Shown here piece after piece: positions 12,301 through 23,747 of a DNA stretch of 32,200 nucleotides (the stretch's first letter is position 1; each line of letters begins with the position of its first letter). Both the position numbers and the translations under genes were made by a program. The DNA is from Fonticula alba ATCC 38817 (lineage: Eukaryota > Protista > Nucleariida), in the NCBI GenBank assembly GCA_000388065.2, contig KB932203.1; one strand, 5' to 3'. The notes under the pieces were generated by a model. It searched no databases. It was not told where the DNA came from and saw only the letters and a program-made list of their open reading frames with translations.

Positions 12301-15300
12301 ATGAGCTGCTGGAGTATGGCCATACTCCGCCGCCGGTCGGCGAGGCCTTCCCCCTGGAGGAGGGCCCGGCTGCCGGTGAGGCCCTCGGCATGCGTGTGCG
12401 GCTGGGCGCCTGTCGCTTTGCGCACCACAACCACCGGTCACTGGGGTCCTTCCAAGACCTGGTGGCCTGGGTGCAGGCCATTGCCCCATTGCCGGCGGAC
12501 CTGCCGGCGCCGGGGCCCAACACCCCGGCCCCGGCCGCCAGCCCGGCGGTCCTGCTGTATAGCCTGGCCACCGGGCCCACGGCGGTGGTCTTGTCGCCGG
12601 CCGTGCGGGCGCCCTTCCTGCAGGTGGCCGGCCCGGCGGCGGCCTTCTGCAAGTCCATCATCACGTCGGACCTGCTGTCCGCCGACCCGCCTGTGGCCCT
12701 GGTCATCCGCGATGGCCTGCGTCTGGCAGCCACCCCCTCGCGCTTCGGGCCCTATTCGGCCAGCATCTTCGACCAGGTCCGCCTCCCGTGTTTTGCCTTT
12801 GCCAAGCCGTGGTGTGGCCGCGGCGCAGCCTCGCGCTCCTGCTGCCCCTCGTCGCCTTTGGGCATCTCTCCCCCTGTCCATATGGCAGTGCTGGCCACCC
12901 CCTGCTCGCTTCCGTTCTCTGCGCTAACCTATCACAATCATCATGCTCGTGTCCAATGTGTCCACGCCCACCATGCTTGGGTCCATTATATCCACGCCCA
13001 CCATGCTTGGGCCCATCATGTTCACGCTCACCATGCTCGCACTCACCATGCACGCACTCACCATGCACGCACTCACCATGCACGCACTCACCATGCACGC
13101 ACTCACCATGCTCACACTCATCATGCTCGCGTCCAACATGTCCACGTCGAACACTTTCCCACTCATCTCCAATACGCCCGCCGCTGCCGCTCCTGTCGCC
13201 CCCGCACCACCGCCACCAACTCCCCGGAAATAGCTGCGCCTCGTGTGTGCCCCGATTCTGGCCACCCTGGTGCCCTCATGCCCGGTGGCCTGCCGCATCG
13301 GGGCTCGGACCGCCGACCGGCACCTGCGGGACTTGCTGCTCGGGCTGCCGGCCCCGGGGGACCTGCTGGCCGCGCTGACGGATGGCCAGCGCCGGACGGC
13401 CCCCCTGCCCGGGTGGGCCACCTTCCGCCCGGTCACCGTGGATCTGGCTCACCCGCTGATCCTGCAAACCCTGTCGCCGCTGCAAGTGCGCCTGGACCTG
13501 CCGGCCGCCGGCCCGGCCGCGGGAGACGCCCCGGCGGCCGGGTCGCCGGATGCCCGGTCCCCCGGCACCCCGGCCCCGGGCGACCGGTTCCTCTACTGTC
13601 GCGTGTACCTGCCGGATGCGCATGTGCTGATCGACCGGTCCGAGCTGGACTGGCTCCTGCGCGGGTGCTTTGCCATGCTGTCGGCGGACAGCCCGCTGGA
13701 GCGCCACGCCCCGGCGGATCTCGATGCCCCCGGAGCCCTGCAGGGGCTGGATGTCCTGTGCTCCATCGAGTCGTTGGTGTTGTCGGTGTTCGACGAGCCG
13801 CCGGCGGCCGAGGTCGAGCAGACCTTCATGTCCCTGGCCCGGGATCTGACGGCCGCGGCCGAGGAGGAGCAGCTGGAGGCGCCGCGGCCGGGTGCGACCC
13901 CGTCGCAGCAGCAGCAGCAGCACGGCCCCCCGGCCGACGGAGGCCTGTGCATGCCGCTCTTCCGGCCGGCCGACACCCGGCAGCTGCTGGCCGTGGCCGA
14001 CCTGCCCCAGGTGTCGGTGTCCTTCTCCTTCGAGAACCGCTCGGCCACCACCTCCTTCGACCTGTCCACCGGCCGGGAGATCTACATCTGGCGGCCGGCC
14101 AGCGACGATGCGCCGGTCCTGCTGCCGGCGCACGCCACCCCGGACCCGGCGCGCCATGCCATCGGCCCGGACCGCATCATTGTCCATCTGCCCAGTGGCG
14201 GGTCCACCAAGTACCGGTTCCCCGGCGGGGTGGCCGCCTGGATGGATGCCCTGGGCTCGCGCGATGTCGACCCGGACATGCAATCCCTCTGGAAGTGCAC
14301 CCAGCCGTCGGCCGCCCTCCGGTGGCTCAACCGGCCGGGCGACACCAGCAGTGTGCGTGCCATGCCCTGCCGGGCGAGCCCCCGTCGGGGTTTGCCCGGG
14401 TGCATGTGGCCTGGCCCTTTGCCTGAGCGCCGTTGTGCCCCCCCCCCCCGTGCCCGATTTCACTAACTTGACCTTGTCCCCCCCCCCCCTCCTTCCCCCC
14501 CCCCTCTTCCGCCATTTCCCTAGCTACTCCTTTGCGCTTCGACCCCCCCCCCCCCCCCACACAAAGACCAATGTCATGCTCCTGCAGCCGACCATCGTCT
14601 GTCAGAAGCCGGTGGTACTGCATGCGCTGCAGCGCTTCATCCATGCCGATGCGCGCCGGCGGTCGGCCCTATCGCTGGCTCTGGTCCCGGCGCCATTGGC
14701 CCAGGTGGACGGTGTGCTGGTGCCCCAGGTGGCCGGAGCACCCACCTCCAAGGACAAGCAATTCCTCAGCATCTCCGGCCTGAGCCTCGTGGTGCCGGTG
14801 TATGTGCCGGCCGAGGAGCCGACCGAGGGCGGCAAGGCGCCCGGGCCAGCCAGCCCGGGCCTCCGCCCGGCCGGGTCCCTGCTCAGTGTCCTGTGCCTGA
14901 GCTCGGCCGAGGTGTCGGTCAGCTACTTCAACTACCTGGAGGAGCACACTCGCGCGCGGTACCTGCACCAGCTCAGCGCCCCGGGGGCCCTGGCCCGGGA
15001 CATCTTCCACTGCTACCTGCTGGGGAACCGCCTGGCGGCCGAGCTCGGCCGCGTGGGGATCAGCACCTTCGCCAGCCTGGACGCGGCCCTGGGGGCCGTG
15101 GCGGAGTCCATGCGCCGGGAGCGCCTGCAGAAGGCCGCCTCGCCGCTGTCGCCGTCGCCCTTGGCGTCGCCGGCCTCGGCCGAGGCGCTTGCCGGCCGCG
15201 CGCCGGTCGACGGCCCCGCCGTCACGAGCACCCCCACCGGCGATGCGCTCATCCAGCCCTTCTCCATCGAGGCCAACCTGACGGCCTTCAGCTACCTGGA

Positions 15301-18224
15301 CCCGTCGCTCGAGGCGGAGGACCGCCGGCCCGTGACCCACGGTGACTTGCGCTTCCTCGATGGCCCGGTGGTTCTGCGCGTGAGCCCGGCCGATCTGGCC
15401 CTCATCAATGCCGCGTCGCAGGTCCTGGCCGAGAGCTACCTCCCGGCCCCGGCCGGGGCGGCCATCGTGCCGGACTTCGCCCGGTCCCCGAAGGACGTGA
15501 TCTTCCATGGTGCTGGCGGCGGTGGCGGGAGCGCCGCGGCCCCGAACGCCGGGGGCCCCCGCCCCGGGGCCCTGGGCCGCGAGTCCATGGCCAGCTTCAC
15601 CTCCTTCGATTTGGCCACCGGCGGCACGTCCATGGGCGAGGTGCCGTTGTCCTCCTCGCCGGAGGACCCGTCCATGTTGTCCCCCGGTCAGCCGATCCTC
15701 TTCTCGCGGAACCAGACCTCGGCCTCCTTCACCCCGGCCGATCCGATGGACTACCTGGCCGGCGACTCGTTGGTGGCAAGCGCTGGCGGCGCTGGCGGCA
15801 CTAGCGGCGAGGCTTGTCTCCCCTCCTCAGCCTCTCTCGAGTCCATCAACTATCTGGACGAATGGGTGCGCTCTCTCTAGGCGGTCTCTTTTTTCTCTCC
15901 CCTCTCTTTCTCTCCCCCTCTCCTCCCTCCCTCTCTCTCTTCTCTCCTCACCTCACACTCGCCACATCTCGCCTGACCGCCCCTTGCCCCGACACACAGG
16001 ACCTCGGCGCCGAAAGTGAACTTGGCGGCTCCCTGTCCCGGCCACGTCGCGACTCGCTGGCCTCACTGGCCTCCATCTCGTCGTTGGCCTCGTCGGTGTC
16101 GGTGGCCGGGGGCCCCGGGGCCCATGGCGCCGGGGACCCGTACTTCACGTCGTCCGGCGGCGGGCACCTCGCCGGGCCGCCCGGCGGCTCCGGCGGCGGG
16201 CTCACCCACTCTGGCTCGGTGGCCAGCGGCATGTCGCAGGCGTCCAATCACCGGCGCAGCCGGATCCGCATCCACTCCAACCAGATCCGCGTGGTGCTGC
16301 TCGACCACCGAACCGGAGCGCCGCTTTTCCACTTCCAGCTGTCTAAGGTCCAGTCGCGGCTCTTCTGGACCCCGTCCAACACCTGGGGCATCGCCATCCG
16401 GTCGCAGGCCTCGCTCGATCAGTACCCGTACATCCGCTCGGCCTGGGAGCCGGTCCTGCTTCCCTGGACATCGATGGTGTCATATGTGGCCCGGTCGGTG
16501 CACAGCAACGCCCTGGCCTCGGCCTCCAGCGAGCCGGTCACCGCGTCGCTGCTGAAGCTCGAAGCCACGTCCTCCATCGCCGACATCACGGTCACTCCAT
16601 CGTTGTTGAGCAATGTCTCCCGGTGCGTGGTCAGGCCGGCTGGCCCGTGCCTGCGTGGTCTCCCCTCCCCTCGCCCTTCCCTGGCGACATGCGCCAATGC
16701 CCTGACACCATCCCTTCCCATGGCCGCTCCTCTCTCCCTCTCTCGCTCTCCCTCCCATGCGGCGTGCGCATTTCACAGTCTCCTGCTCCAGCCGGACCCC
16801 CGCTCGCAGAACATGTCCTTCCGATCGCCCTTCAAGCCCTACCTCATCATCAACCGTCTGGGCGTGCCGCTGACGCTGGAGCTTCGCGGCGGGCAGCGCG
16901 TGCGTTTCCGCTCTCCTGCCTCGCTGCCCCCCCCGCCCCCTCTCGCTGCTATTCCGCATGCTGACCCGTCATCCTCCGTCGCACGATGCCGCGCGCCCAC
17001 CCGCCCGCAGGTCATCCCCACTGACGAGCACATTCTGCTGGATCTGCCACGCAGCTCCACCACCTCGCAGACCTCCCTGACCCTGGTCATCAAGGACGTC
17101 TTCGACATGGTGCGCAGCCCCGACACAGCACCTGTGTCTTCTTCCCGCTCGGGCCTCCCGCCCCCACCTCCCCATCGCCCCTGCTCTAATCCCCTCGTGT
17201 TTGATCCTTCCCCCCCCCCACACACACACGCACACGCACACAGGTTGCCACCGTCTGGCCGGATCAGATCGGCTCGACCCCCTTCATCCCCGGGCAGCTG
17301 CGGAACCTGCGACACCTGGACGGAATGGCCAGCACCTTCGAGCATCCCTCCTACCCGCTGGCCATTGTCCGCACCCGGCTGCTCGGCTCGCGCCGGGTGC
17401 TGGAGGTGACCTCCTCGCGCATCTTCGAGAATGGCACCCCCAACCCGCTGGTGCTGCAGCTTCTGCCCCCGACCGGCATGCCGACCATCCGCATGCTCCC
17501 GGAGGCCGTGGCCAACCTACCCGACAAGTCGGTTGTCGTCGGTGCGTCCCCCCCCCTCCCTCCCTCTCTCTCTTGTGCCCCGGGCTCTCTCTCCCTCCCT
17601 CTGCCTGCGCCCCTCTGCCGCCCTGCCTGTCTCACACGGCCCCTGCCGCGCTGTGCACCCCCCCCCCCCAGCCCCGGGCGAGACATTCGCCGTGCCGCTG
17701 CTCTACTGCTTCCCCGGGGCCCGGGCGCGCATTCGGCCCAACCTGCGTGGGTACTCCTTCAGCAGCCCGATCCTCTTTGTGGCGCCGATCGCCGGGGCCG
17801 ACCCGAAGCAGCAGCCGCAGTCGCAGCAGCACGCCGTGTCGCCGGCCCTGGCCGGGCCCGTGCTACGAGAGCTCCAGCTCATCAAGAGCCTGTACAGCAA
17901 CCCGCTGTTCGTGTGCGAGGCCGTCGGGCCCAAGACCGACACCGGCACCCGGGCGCCCCCGCGCCTGCACCCCTACTTCTTCGGGGTCCGCCTGGACCGG
18001 CTGTCCATCGGCTACAGCGACCTGCGCATGTTCCGGTTTTCCATTCGCCTGTCGGCGGCCATCTCCAACCGGCTGCCGTACGATTGCGACGTCAGCCTGA
18101 CCATGGTGCCGGCCGATGCGCGGGCCTCGCCGAGCACGGTGCTCATCCGCCTGGCCCGGGGCGAAGGTGCGCCTGGCCGCCACATGCACGCACGCTTGCC
18201 CAGCACACGCGGGGGCTGCCCCCC

Positions 18225-18294
<70 letters not shown>

Positions 18295-21200
18295 ACACAC
18301 ACACACCGCCCCTCCGGCCCGCGCCTCGATACTAACCGGCAGTTCCCCTGCCCGGGTCCATGGCGCCCCCACGCACAGAGCGCCGCCTGCCCTTCAGCCC
18401 CTTCGACACCCGGCTGGCCGATGTGCACATGGCCGTTCGGCCGCATTGCTCCAGCTTCGGCACCTTTGCCTGGACCACCAAGGCCCTGAACCTGCCGCTG
18501 GTCAGCAACATCCGGTCGTACCCGCCCTCGGGCGCGCGCTTTTACATGGACGTCGGCGCCCTGGCCGGGTGCCTGCGGGCCGACGTGACATACGGCTTCC
18601 TGGAGGGGATGTTCCAATCGGCCTCGGCCTCGATGCAGACCCCGGCCCAGCAGCAGGGGCTGTCGGATGCCCCGCGCGGGGCCGACCTCATGGTGCGCCT
18701 GTGCAGCCCGGTGGTCATGCTCAACATGACCGGCCTGCCGATTGCGGTGCGGCTGTCGCGGGTGCCGCAAAATGCCGCGGCCTCCGCGGCCGACGGCAAC
18801 TCCGGCACCGGGTCCGGCGGCGGTGCGCCCGGCGGCAGCGGGTCCGGGTCCACGGCGGCCGGCGGCGGCGGCGGCACCAGCCTGGTCCTCGGCCAGGCCA
18901 CCTCGGCCTTCGTGCCCAGCCTGACGGCCCTCCGGCAGCGCATCTTCCCGGGGGTGTCATCGCCCGAGGTGCGGTCCTTCCAGCGGCACCCCTCGGCCGA
19001 GGTGTTCGACCGGTGCGTGCAAATTGTCCAGGCCCTGTCGATGGAGGCCGGGGTCAGCCCCTCGGGCCGGGCGCCCGGCGACACGGCCGCCATCCGCCGG
19101 GACGTCCTCTTCGGCCTGACGGCCCTCATGAACACCGACGGCCGGAGGGACCCGGCCACGGCCGAGGCCGAGGCGGAGATGGAGTTCCTGGAGCGCATCC
19201 GCCGGCGGTCGCCGATCTGCGCGCAGTTGGCCGATCCGCCCGGCAGCGCGGAGATCGCCCTGATCACGGCCCCCGGGTCGCCGGGGGCCGGGCCCGGTGG
19301 CGCTCGTGCGTCCGGCCGCCAGCCCGGCGCCCCGTGGTGGTATGCGGTGTCGTGTCCGCAGCCGTTGCCGCTGCCGGTGTCCAACCACCGGCAGGTGGCC
19401 GCGGCCGCGGCCAACGCCACCCCCTCGTCCCCGACATCGGCCGGGCCCCCCTCGGCCAGCCCGCTGGGGAATGCCGGCACCGGGCCCGGGGTGCGGCTGC
19501 TCCAGGCCGGGCCGCATGATGTCTCGCGCTTGGGCCTGGAATTGACGGTCCCCCTGTCGCGGAGTGGCTCCAACTCGGCCGGGTCCATCTCCATGTCCCG
19601 GCGGGTGCAGCTGTCCGTCTGCTCGGAGGGCCTGGTCACGGCGCCGACCACGCTGGAGTACGATTGCGAGGTGGCCATCCGGGTGATGGACGCCTCGGCC
19701 TTCACCTCGCCGGAGGCGCTGCTGGCGCAGGCGGCGGCGGCCGCGACGTCGGGGACCGTGGCGGCGGCCGGCAGCCCGCCCGGGGCCGACATGCCGGGCA
19801 CCGGGGGGGCCGCCCTGGCCGCCCTGTCGGATGGCTATGCGCCTGACACCCGGGTGCTGGTCATCCGCCCGGCCCACACGCTGCTCAATTCGCTGCCCTA
19901 CTCGGTGCGCGTGCGCGTCGGGTATGGCACCGGCCCGGAGGGGGAGCTCCTGCTGCGCCCCGGCGAGCAGGTGCCCTTCTACTGGCCGCGCGGCTTGCGC
20001 CGGGCCTTCAGCCTGCGGCTGGACCACCAGGAGGGTGCCGGCCGGCGGACCGCCGCCTCGGATGGGCCCCTGCCGGACCGCCGGAGCCGGGTCACCTTCA
20101 GCCAATGGTCCAGCCCCCTGGTGCCGGGGTCTTCCTTTGCCTCGGTGGCCGGGGCCAGCACCGCCGGGTCGGAGGATGGGGACTCCGGCGACGGGCCGGC
20201 CGACGCCGGGCACCCCTCCTCCCGGCACCGGTCCACCACGGTCCGGCTGTCATGCTGCGCGCATGACACCTGGCGCATGGCCGACGGCGGCATGGCGCGG
20301 CCGCTCATCCGCGGCCAGCATCCCCTGCCGCCGGTCGACGCGTCGAGCTACGTCTGGCCGGACCCCTTCTCGGCGCATGAGCTGCTGCTCGGCTCGACGG
20401 ACTTGCAGCTGCCGCGCACGGCCCCCGGCGCCGGGCCGGACGACGTCCCGCCCCAGGGCAGCCCCCTGGTGCCGGAGTCCTTCGATGAATTTGACCTCTT
20501 CATCACGGTCCACGAGTTCGTGGCCCCGGGGTCCGGCGTGCGGGTGCTCTCCCTGGCGGCCATCCCCCCGCCGATGGTCCTGCAAAATGCCACCCCGACG
20601 CCGATCCTGGCCCGGCAGCGGGACAGCCGGGCCGGGGTCATCTACCTCCTGCGGCCGGGGCAAATGCGGCCCCTCTGCTGGGACGACCCCTTCAAGGGCC
20701 AGGCTTGCTTCGATGTGGTCAGCCTGCACCCGAGCCAGCAGGTCATCGACATCCCGGCCACCGGGATGCTCACCTCGCGCAACATGCCGGCGCTCCTGCA
20801 GCGGAACCTCCTGCGCGACTTGTACAGCCCCTCTCTCTGGCAGGCGGCCACCATGGTCCTGCCATTTGGCCGGCCGGGCACCGGGGGCCGCCGGGGCCGG
20901 GCCGGTCGCCGGGGCACAGCCCGCGCTGCCGGAGCCCTCGCCGGCCCCTCGGCCGATGGTGCGCCGGCGGCCGCGCAGCCGCAGCCGCAGCCGCAGCCGC
21001 AGCAGCACCAGCTCCCGGCTACTCGGTCCACCTCGTCATTGGTGTTGGTGGCCCCGCCCGGCACCCCGGGGGCCGTGGTCACGCCGGTTCCCTTCCAGGT
21101 GTGCGTCTTCAGCCAGGCCAGCGCGCGCATCCTCTACATCTTCGACCCGCGGGCCGGGGCCCCGGAGCAGCCGCTCTTCCCGCCGGCGGTGGATCTGCTG

Positions 21201-21697
21201 GCGGCGCTGGCGGCGACCGGGGCCACCGGCGGCGACCCCCCGGGGTCGTCCGGAGGGCGTCCTCGGCCCGGCGGCGCGGCCTCCTCCCGGCGCCTGGCCG
21301 GGCCCCGGGCCGCACGCGAGCCCATCTCCAAGGCCCCGGCCACCACGCGTTGTCAGATCTTCCTCTCCGGCGTGCGGGTGTCCCTGGTCGATGACACGGT
21401 CCTCCAAACGCCGGCTCGGGCGTCGATCGGCACTTCGACCGGCGCCTCGGTCATGGTCCCGGATGGCGGCTCCTTCGGTGTCATGGAGGTGGCCCTGCTG
21501 AGTCTCGACCAGATCAGCATCCTGGTGGCCTCCTCGCCGGACCGTTGGTGGCGCATGCGCACGTCCATCCAGAATGTCCAGGTCCGTCGGCCACGCCCGT
21601 GTGTGTTCTGCAGTGTAGGTGCAAGTGTGGGTGCAGGTGTAGGTGCAGATGTAGGTGCAGGTGTAGGCGCACACGCACACGCACACACCCACACCCA

Positions 21698-21750
<53 letters not shown>

Positions 21751-22412
21751 ACACACACACAGACACACACGCCCATACACACACACACACACACACGCGC
21801 TAACACACTTTGTCCCATGATTCAAACGCCCCTGTCCGTGCCGTGACGATGTTCCCCTTTCTGCCTCTCCTCTCTCGCACCCACCCACAACCACATACAT
21901 CATCACACCCAAAAACAGATGGACAACCAGTACCCCTGGCCCCGGTGGGAGGTAGCCCTCTTCACACACCGGACCAAGTCCGAGTGGGGCGCCCGGCGTC
22001 TGGCCGGGCAAACCTCCGCCCGAGACATCCGCACCGGTGCCGCATCGGCGGTCCAGGCCCCGGAGACGGTGGCCCACGCCGGGCCCACCCTCTCGGACTT
22101 GGATGACTTCGATGACTTCGACGATCGGTCGCAGGCAAACTTCGATGACGATAGCGATGACGGGGCCTCCTTTGACGAGGAGCACGGCGCCCCGCGGCGG
22201 GACTCCTTCTCATCGCGCAGCAGCGCGCACTCCGGCGGCGGCGGCGGCGGCGGCAGCAGCCATGAGCCGGCCCGCCCGGCGCCCTTCCTCTTCTTCGACT
22301 TCGTCGAGCAGGACCCGGTCGCCTCGGTCGGCATTGTCAATGCCCGCGTCATCCCGCGGCTCATCCTCCACACGCGCCCCTTCGAGATCAAGCTGGACGA
22401 GGTGCGCCTTCC

Positions 22413-22454
<42 letters not shown>

Positions 22455-22456
22455 CG

Positions 22457-22487
<31 letters not shown>

Positions 22488-23558
22488 GGCAGGGCGCTTT
22501 TCGCCTCGTCCGTGCCCTTTCCGCCTCCATGGGCCCACGCTGACTCCTGTTCCCCTCTCCCGCCTTCGCATCTCCCCCCTTCCCCCGTTGCCCGGTTTCG
22601 CGGCTCGCAGTACCTCCTCAACCGGCTGCTCTTCCTGGCACGCAACATACTCATCGAGCCGCAGCTCCGGCGGTCGGAGGCCGGGTCGTCGAGCTCGCGA
22701 GCCATCACGATGGCCCAGTCTGCCGGACACTCCACTGGCCATGTCAGCCCGCTGGACAGTGTGCTCGTGCTGCCGGTCACCTCGGCCCACGGCTCCGGAG
22801 CCGGGGCCTCCTCGGCCGGGCACCCCGCCATGCCGATCTTTGTGGGCACCCTGCAGGTGGGCCCCTTCCCGCTGGCGTTGTCCTTCGCCACGGCCACGGT
22901 GGCGCCGCGCCTGCGCCAGGACCCGCGCGATCGCGCGGCCGCGGTGTTCTTTGCCCGATGGTGGCGCGGGGCGCCGCTGCTTCTGCCCACCGCCGGGGCC
23001 TCGGTGTCCAGTATCGTTGCCGGGGCAGGATCCACCGGCACCGGCACCGGCACCGGCACCGGTACCACCACTACCAGCACCAGCATCATTACCAGCACCC
23101 CCACCGCCGTCGGCGCCGGCGCCACCGGCCCCAGACGCGGGGAGCTGGTGCCCCTGCGCTCGGAGCCCACCATCGACCGGCCGCCTGCCGATGAGGCTGG
23201 CTTGTCGGATTGCGATGTGCTCGGGCGCTTTGCCTGGCTCGGCGCCGTGGACTATGCCGTCCTCCAGGTGCGACCCTTCCGCTTTGGGCAGACGGTGACC
23301 GCGGCATCGGCCCGGCGGGCCGGGGCCGGGGCCGGTGCGGCCGGCACCCGCCCCGACGGCTTGGAACTTGTCCCGGTGGAGGTGCTGCTTTCGCTGGTGA
23401 CGTCGCACTTCCGGGACGAGGTCATGTGGCAGCTGCACCGGCTCATCGGCGCGGTCGACTCGCTCGGCAGTCCGGCCAGCATGATCCGATCCTTCCGTGC
23501 CGGGATGAAGGATATGCTGGCCGACTCGCGGGCCGTCCCTCAGGCCGTCCACGGGTCT

Positions 23559-23590
<32 letters not shown>

Positions 23591-23704
23591 CGCGGCGCCG
23601 GCCACCCCGTCGACCATCCCCCGCAGCGGGTCGGTGTCCTCCATGGAGTCCTTCCGGTCGCGGTCATCCTTCGCCTCAGTGTATGAGGATGTGGAGTCGC
23701 CACA

Positions 23705-23747
<43 letters not shown>

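Noticed and set aside
12931-13140. Regular repeat array considered as CRISPR or as a separate His-rich gene
   Set aside because: Units are contiguous with no unique spacers, the context is a eukaryotic intron, there are no cas genes, and no independent promoter or splice structure is evident.
14080-14100. IYIWRP as a Vps62/DUF946-like motif
   Set aside because: The following P-x-G-Y...G-D pattern that I recall for that domain is absent. The evidence is too thin.
14521-14523. TAG at 14521-14523 as acceptor (first AG after CACTAAC at 14461)
   Set aside because: It is out of phase with the strong GTGCGT donor at 14353 and would translate a poly-C run. I preferred 14566, but this junction remains uncertain and needs cDNA.
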